Source: Candidatus Daviesbacteria bacterium
GTDB lineage: Bacteria > Patescibacteriota > Microgenomatia > Daviesbacterales > UBA10151
Length of the DNA: 64,000 nt
Direction of reading: 5' to 3'
Assembly (NCBI GenBank): GCA_028712705.1
Contig: JAQTPP010000002.1
Span: 43,180 to 107,179, forward strand
Part shown: piece by piece, positions 59,045 to 64,000 of the stretch
Layout: the number at the start of each line of letters is the position of its first letter
How positions within the stretch are numbered: the stretch's first letter is position 1
The notes under the pieces: generated by a model
What the model was told of the DNA's origin: nothing
What the model saw: only the letters and a program-made list of their open reading frames with translations
Database searches by the model: none
Made by a program: the position numbers and the translations under genes

Positions 59045-60265
59045 TTAGTTATGCTCAATAAAAGCTTTGTAGCCAACAAGCTTTTTGTTATCCCCTGAAC
59101 TGGAATAGATATTTTTAACTCCAAAGGTGAGATATAACTCATCTTTGGCATAAGTGATGGTAGTGCCATTGGGGTCTGATGAATTGAAGGTTTGCTTGAA
59201 ACCGGAATTTGTAAGCTCTCTGGTATAGTAATCAATAAAGTCTTGAGGAATAGTTTCCAGTTGTGATGATTCAAGGTAGACACCTTCCTGCTCAATTCTT
59301 CTTTTACCTGAAGTAAAAAGTAAGGTTTTGCTTTGGGTTAGTTCCCAAGTAAGGCCGGAGAATAAAGCAGGCAAGATAGAAGGATTAGAGGGGGTAGAAG
59401 GAGAAGAGGGATTAGGGGCAACAGGTAGCGTGGGAGTGGGGGTTGGTTTAGTTTCAAAAGAAACAACTTCGGAGACTTCTATTAAATTAGGGGTTGGGGT
59501 CATGTTGCCTTTAACTTCTACCTTCATGTTTTCAAAATTAGCTAAATTAACATTTTGTGATTTAGGTATTAGAGTCCACATGGTTTTATTTTTATCATTT
59601 GCCTGCAGGTAATATCCTTTGGTAGACTTTTGTATTGTCCCCTGGGCAGTAATTGACCGGTGCAGGATTGGAGAAAAATTGGGGAATAGTTTACCTACAG
59701 CATAGTTCAGGCCTGATTTAAATCCTACTCCAAAACCTCCAATTCCCACCATTATTACAATCAATGCCAGGACAGGAATGCGCAGAGTAATCATTTGTCT
59801 TTTGAGCAGTTTAGCTAAAAATTTCTTGAGATATGTTACAGGATTGGTCAGAAAGAAGCCAAAAAGAGGAGGGTCTTCTTTTTCAGAGGGTTTGGTATTT
59901 TGGTTAATTTCTATGATAGGAGGCAGAATTGAGGAAGGATTAGAGGGAACAGAAGGATTATCCGCCTTCGCCGAGGCTTCGGTGGACGAGGTAGGATGTT
60001 CAGATGTAATGAAGTGACCATGTTCGTCTCTTGGTTTGTTTTGGGCTGCTTCAGAATAATGTTCGTGTTTTAAAGCATCTGGTCCTTCGGCTTCACTCAG
60101 GATCTTCGAGGTATTCGGAGTGTTCAGGGGAGGAGTTTGTGGCGTAGGCGGGATAGGATTAGGTTGGGGTTGTGTCTGGTAAGGACTGTTTGGGTCTACA
60201 GGATTAGTATGGGGGTTAAAGTTAGAGCCAAAAGGTTGAGGCGGATCTTTGGGCAGATTATCCAT
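59045..60265 (-). CDS. Proline-rich membrane protein (low-complexity P/T/N-rich segments, one TM), unknown function
   Basis: Composition and one hydrophobic helix 'ITLRIPVLALIVIMVGIGGFGVGF'. Confidence 0.45.
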   Translation of the reverse strand: MDNLPKDPPQPFGSNFNPHTNPVDPNSPYQTQPQPNPIPPTPQTPPLNTPNTSKILSEAEGPDALKHEHYSEAAQNKPRDEHGHFITSEHPTSSTEASAKADNPSVPSNPSSILPPIIEINQNTKPSEKEDPPLFGFFLTNPVTYLKKFLAKLLKRQMITLRIPVLALIVIMVGIGGFGVGFKSGLNYAVGKLFPNFSPILHRSITAQGTIQKSTKGYYLQANDKNKTMWTLIPKSQNVNLANFENMKVEVKGNMTPTPNLIEVSEVVSFETKPTPTPTLPVAPNPSSPSTPSNPSILPALFSGLTWELTQSKTLLFTSGKRRIEQEGVYLESSQLETIPQDFIDYYTRELTNSGFKQTFNSSDPNGTTITYAKDELYLTFGVKNIYSSSGDNKKLVGYKAFIEHN

Positions 60266-60311
60266 ATCTTCAGTATACCCTCAAGATAATTTCAGGTGCA
60301 AGCTAAAGATT

Positions 60312-60884
60312 CTATTTAACTGCAATAGATATTAATTTTTCGTGATACTCCGGCTTTTTTGAAGAATCAACTCCATATAAAACTACTTCAATAATATCAA
60401 ATACCCAATTGACTTTTTTTAGCCTGGTACTTAATTCCAAGAGAGAGGCTTTAAATGCTTCTTGAGCTTTTGGATCTCCTACCCAAGCCACAGTAACATG
60501 AGGATGAAATGGTAAGTTATTATCAGCAGCGCAGTAAATAGATAGACTTTTTGAAATTAACTTATTAAATTCCTGTAATTGCGGCGGATATTGAACATCT
60601 GAAAATAGTATTCTTGGCTTATCTTCTCCAAAATACCCAAAACCGCTAACCTTTAATTTAGTTCCTTTCAGTATTTCTAAATACTTTTTGACATCTTCTG
60701 CTATTCTTGACAAAGCGGATTGAGATTGTTTATCTAAATAACAAACGGTGATATGAGGAGTTTTAGGGTGGGTTGTTTTAAATAAAGGACTGATTTGAGA
60801 AATATCGGTCTGTAAGTCTTCAAAATCTTGTTGATACTTCTGAGGCAGGGGGATTCCAATAAAATATGAACTATAATCTTTCAT
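60312..60884 (-). CDS. 2H phosphoesterase, LigT/ThpR-like (2'-5' RNA ligase family)
   Basis: Two HxT/S motifs: 'HITVCYL' and 'HPHVTVAW'. Confidence 0.75.
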   Translation of the reverse strand: MKDYSSYFIGIPLPQKYQQDFEDLQTDISQISPLFKTTHPKTPHITVCYLDKQSQSALSRIAEDVKKYLEILKGTKLKVSGFGYFGEDKPRILFSDVQYPPQLQEFNKLISKSLSIYCAADNNLPFHPHVTVAWVGDPKAQEAFKASLLELSTRLKKVNWVFDIIEVVLYGVDSSKKPEYHEKLISIAVK

Positions 60885-60941
60885 GAAAGCAGTATATCAA
60901 ATTTTGACTTTTTGAGCTTATAGGTTTACAATCCGATTGTT

Positions 60942-61886
60942 ATGTCAGCTGAAGCACCGAAAAATACTGGTATAACTGCTCCTAATACACAGCAAGAACC
61001 ACAAGGCTGTCTTCCCGGATTTCTAAGAAGATTATTTGCAACTCCACAAGAAGTACAACAAATACCAAAAATTATACAGCCACCATCAGGCTTAGAAGGC
61101 TTTGCTGATCAGCTACAGCAAGGAATAGATGGATATTTTGCATCAGTAAGGCAGCAAGATTTAGAGAGAAGAAATGCTGAAGCTGCAAGGATGGCAAATA
61201 AGGCATTAGAAAAGATAAAGACTGAACAACTACAAAGAGACCGGCTGGAGCAAGAACAATCAAGAATTAGGGCAGCAGTCACAGAGGCATCTAAGACCTT
61301 ACAGGATTTCCAGATAGCCGAAAGATTGAGATATATACAAGATAAAATATGGGGAGGAAAAGGGAATATAGCAGCTGCAGAACCTGCATTTAATATTGAT
61401 GGAAGGTATAACCGCCTAGGCGGACTTAGGTTAGAATATGAATGCCCATATTACTACAGAACGGTAACAGAAGAATGGTCAGATGCAAAAAATTATGCTT
61501 CCCGAAAATATGAACGAAGGTGGAAGTATGCTTCAGCTACATTTGGAACATGTCTGAGTGTAGATGTATTAGCCTGTCGACAGGACTCCCAAGTGGAGGC
61601 AAGAAAGCTCCTTGAAGTATCAGCAATATATGATTATACATTTAGAGTAGGTGTAGGTCGTTTCCCTTTTGGGGGTGACACATTCTTAGGGAAAGTTACT
61701 ATCCCGATAGACCAACCAGATAGCAAAACCCTTTTAGGCGGGGCTTTAACTCAAGAAACAGTTCATAGAGTTGCTATTGGATGGATACCGTCGAAACTAG
61801 ATGAACAAGCACTGGAAGAACGGTCACGTCTCCCTCATTGGGAAAAATGGATTTATGTACCCCCAGTGTATTCAGGTGGTGACTAA
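60942..61886 (+). CDS. Hypothetical protein (Gln/Glu-rich coiled-coil N-terminal half)
   Basis: 314-aa ORF with composition distinct from its neighbours; no motif recognised. Confidence 0.35.
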   Translation: MSAEAPKNTGITAPNTQQEPQGCLPGFLRRLFATPQEVQQIPKIIQPPSGLEGFADQLQQGIDGYFASVRQQDLERRNAEAARMANKALEKIKTEQLQRDRLEQEQSRIRAAVTEASKTLQDFQIAERLRYIQDKIWGGKGNIAAAEPAFNIDGRYNRLGGLRLEYECPYYYRTVTEEWSDAKNYASRKYERRWKYASATFGTCLSVDVLACRQDSQVEARKLLEVSAIYDYTFRVGVGRFPFGGDTFLGKVTIPIDQPDSKTLLGGALTQETVHRVAIGWIPSKLDEQALEERSRLPHWEKWIYVPPVYSGGD

Positions 61887-62666
61887 TATTTATTATTTTA
61901 ATTTGCGGCTTCCGCCGCCCCCGCAAAGTTAAGGTATAAAGACCCAAAAAGAGGGCAGCACCATTAGAAGGAATGTTAGGAATGTAGATAAAAATATAAT
62001 TGGGTGCTGCCCGATATACGCGAACCCGCCAAATTTTACTTCGGGATTTTAAAAGGGCGGGTGAGCCATCGGAATCAGTTGTGAGTGTCCCGTCTCGAGA
62101 CGGGACCGAACGGCATGGAAACAGAACAGGGTAAAAATTGCGGCGGGGGCGAAAGCGGAATACCCCCGCAACGGCAGGCGGTACTTCATAACCAATTTAA
62201 GGTAGTCAAGGAGCAGACCCTAAAGGGTCTCCGATCTATAACAGAATAAATAAAGGAATCAATATAAAATAAAATTTCGCGGCTCCGCAGACGGGTTAGA
62301 TACTGTATGAGCAAAATTGAAACGTACCATATAGGCGAGTCGCCCCCTAGGGCGACCTCTCGCCCAAAAGCGGGGGTGCCGCCACAACTATTTGGGTGGG
62401 TGGGTTGCTAGGAGTATGTACCAGCTCCACAACTTACCACAACACCACAATTTGTGGGCTGCTGAAGCAGGTAACCACAATTGTGGTCCACAATAAATTA
62501 TTGTGGTGATTAGATTGTTACAACAGGCTAATTGTGGTACTTATAAAAATAATGCAACTTTGTAAATGGTTGTGGGAGTGGGACTAGTTGCCCGCGGATG
62601 GGTGGGGTGGGCAAGGGCAACATTTTCTGTTTCCCCCTTTCCCCTCCTGCGAAAATTTCCAAAAAA
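61887..62666. other. GC-rich ORF-free structured region: stacked hairpins, CCACAA/TTGTGG palindromic iterons, G-tract (G4-like) motifs; candidate ncRNA and/or origin/partition/operator array
   Basis: No ORF of 60 aa or longer in any frame across ~640 bp. Perfect 20-bp palindrome GTCCCGTCTCGAGACGGGAC (62088-62107). GCGGGGG-[GC-GAAA-GC...]-CCCCCGC. Three CCACAA-N(0-5)-TTGTGG palindromes at 62475-62510 plus half-sites. GGGTGGGTGGG (62396-62406) and GGGTGGGGTGGGCAAGGGCAA (62600-62620). Confidence 0.5.
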
Positions 62667-62850
62667 AAGATTAGTTTTAAGCCCCGATTGAATCGGGGTA
62701 AGCGAAGGCCGCCGAAGGCGGCCTGAGCGGAGCGAACCGATACGTCGGTGATTAGCAAGGCCGGCGATTAGCCGGCCGAAGCGTAACGATACGATGCGCC
62801 GATTAATAATTCCTGATAAAATAAGTCCGAGCGATATCATAGATCGCTAC
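62667..62850. repeat. 184-bp perfect inverted repeat, copy B
   Basis: Exact reverse complement of 48918-49101. Confidence 0.85.
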
Positions 62851-62866
62851 ACTTCGGCTACGCTCA

Positions 62867-63190
62867 GTGCAGGCCTATATGGAACGATCAAAAGAATGGT
62901 TTGTATATATGCTTCTTTGCGATCAGAAAACTTTCTATATTGGTATTACCACTGAGTTAGTTAACAGATTTTCTCAACATAAAAACAAATTATCTAAAGC
63001 AACAGTAGAGTTTTCTGATCTAAAACTAGTTTATTGTGAAAAGTATCTATCGGAACATGAAGCTGCTCTTAGGGAGAAACAGCTTAAGGGATGGAGCCAT
63101 GCAAAGAAGCAAAAGTTAGTAGACGGGATTCTTGGTAGGAATGTATGTACTGAGTATGCAGAAGTTCTGCTAAAACGAGAGAACTTGTGA
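62867..63190 (+). CDS. Small GIY-YIG nuclease superfamily protein (COG2827-like)
   Basis: 'FYIGIT', 'R..QH', conserved Glu and Asn. Lies between IR184-B and the 20-bp tRNA-Glu 3' repeat. Confidence 0.65.
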   Translation: MQAYMERSKEWFVYMLLCDQKTFYIGITTELVNRFSQHKNKLSKATVEFSDLKLVYCEKYLSEHEAALREKQLKGWSHAKKQKLVDGILGRNVCTEYAEVLLKRENL

Positions 63191-63222
63191 GTTTACCCTG
63201 AACGAGCGAAGCGAGCTGAAGG

Positions 63223-63242
63223 GACTCCCGTACGCGGTACCA
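63223..63242. repeat. 20-bp direct repeat of the tRNA-Glu 3' end (candidate attR)
   Basis: GACTCCCGTACGCGGTACCA is identical to 46924-46943. Confidence 0.7.
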
Positions 63243-63306
63243 TAATAAGAGTTTAGTTTGTTACAATAATCTAAACAAAGAATAATGGGTTTACATTGTT
63301 AAAACA

Positions 63307-63807
63307 TTATCTTGATTCAATTTCAGGCACCTTCCTATCGAAAGGCCAAAATTCCCCGTCGCCAAATCCTTTTCTATCCACCTCTGTGTAATCACTGCTA
63401 TGTCTAACATCAAGATAGTTCGAAGCAAGGGTTTGCATTATGACATCGGGGTTTAATTGTTTATCGCGCAGAACTATCGGACTAGTAGGACATCGAGTTA
63501 CTTCTGCGTACCTATACCCAAAAGAAAAACCATATTCCCCACGATCGACTATTCTTTTGGGATCCCCTTGAAGTTGCCAATATCCTAGCTGGTTATCCAT
63601 TATAGCTTTGTACTCAAATTTGAATTTTGGAGCACCGCGGATTATTAGCAATTGTCTTTCAACACTCCCGTCAATGTTAACAGATTGGAATTTATACCCT
63701 GTAGTAACATCCCAAGCTCCTCCTGGACTTACCCAACTACCAGAGCCGTATCCTTCTCTGACTGCGGATGTAGAATGAACGCTTGTGATATGACCTATAT
63801 TCCACAC
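63307..63807 (-). CDS. Hypothetical protein
   Basis: 166-aa ORF, Gly/aromatic-rich. An upstream ORF on the same strand continues to the window edge. Confidence 0.3.
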   Translation of the reverse strand: MWNIGHITSVHSTSAVREGYGSGSWVSPGGAWDVTTGYKFQSVNIDGSVERQLLIIRGAPKFKFEYKAIMDNQLGYWQLQGDPKRIVDRGEYGFSFGYRYAEVTRCPTSPIVLRDKQLNPDVIMQTLASNYLDVRHSSDYTEVDRKGFGDGEFWPFDRKVPEIESR

Positions 63808-64000
63808 AAGTGAGATCCGACTTAATAAAGTTCCCTCTCCACATAAATATTTAGCACCATAACTGCCATCATATCTTTCAGCTTGCTCAAGGTAACAATG
63901 ATCAAAACTGGATGTTGATATTGAATAAGGAAATCTTTTCCACCAGAGGACATAGGCTCCACTAAGTTTATCCCCGTCAATTATTGCCTGCAGATATTCA

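Larger units (their letters stand above)
46944..63242. mobile_element. About 16.3-kb integrated island at the tRNA-Glu 3' end, bounded by a 20-bp direct repeat of the tRNA 3' end
   Basis: 20-bp direct repeat GACTCCCGTACGCGGTACCA at 46924-46943 and 63223-63242. Carries a large serine recombinase, nested inverted repeats and defence-like cargo. Confidence 0.55.

Noticed and set aside
58492-59295. Longer 267-aa version of the SNase-like ORF
   Set aside because: Its N-terminal 97 codons overlap the 3' end of the upstream proline-rich protein gene and look non-proteinaceous. The internal Met at 59004 was preferred.
62380-62560. Possible CRISPR array, given the repeated CCACAA/TTGTGG units
   Set aside because: The units are 6-bp half-sites arranged as palindromes with irregular 0-30-bp spacing, not the 25-40-bp direct repeats with uniform spacers of CRISPR arrays. 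No cas genes are present apart from the Cas4-like nuclease, which is in a different context.

Overview
This is a low-GC, gene-dense bacterial window; compact gene sizes and gene content are consistent with a reduced Patescibacteria/CPR-like genome, but that is inference only.

The core backbone includes:
- a dcw fragment (murG-ftsQ-ftsA-ftsZ);
- a citramalate-synthase-like gene preceded by an Ile-rich leader/attenuator and followed by ileS;
- a SEDS (rodA/ftsW) gene, rplU-rpmA, parB, lepB, otsA-otsB, and a surface-glycan cluster (GT4, GT2, flippase, Wzy-like, PMT/TPR proteins);
- tRNAs Val, Gly-like, Thr, Asp and Glu;
- PolX, LemA, HtpX, gatCAB, dnaE, rplS and yraN.

Two regions are accessory.

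(1) Next to tRNA-Val sits a lexA-coupled Type I R-M-like operon, ordered hsdM, ComEC-type MBL hydrolase, two membrane proteins, hsdS, then a tiny basic ORF. No hsdR is present in the window.

(2) A roughly 16.3-kb island is inserted at the 3' end of tRNA-Glu and ends in a 20-bp direct repeat of the tRNA 3' end. Its contents:
- a large serine recombinase flanked by a perfect 81-bp inverted repeat (IR);
- a 13.9-kb cargo segment bounded by a perfect 184-bp GC-rich, hairpin-rich IR;
- a defence-like gene set in that cargo: an SF1 helicase-REase-zinc-ribbon giant protein (Hhe-like), a PHP-fused SMC/ABC ATPase (Ppl/TrlF-like), a Cas4-like Fe-S nuclease, a SAM methyltransferase, an SNase, a LigT-like 2H phosphoesterase and a proline-rich membrane protein;
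- a roughly 780-bp GC-rich ORF-free structured region with CCACAA/TTGTGG palindromic iterons and G-tract motifs.

Also present are an IS200-like HUH transposase with a REP-like hairpin, scattered palindromic repeat families, and two small GIY-YIG genes sitting beside tRNA genes or tRNA fragments.
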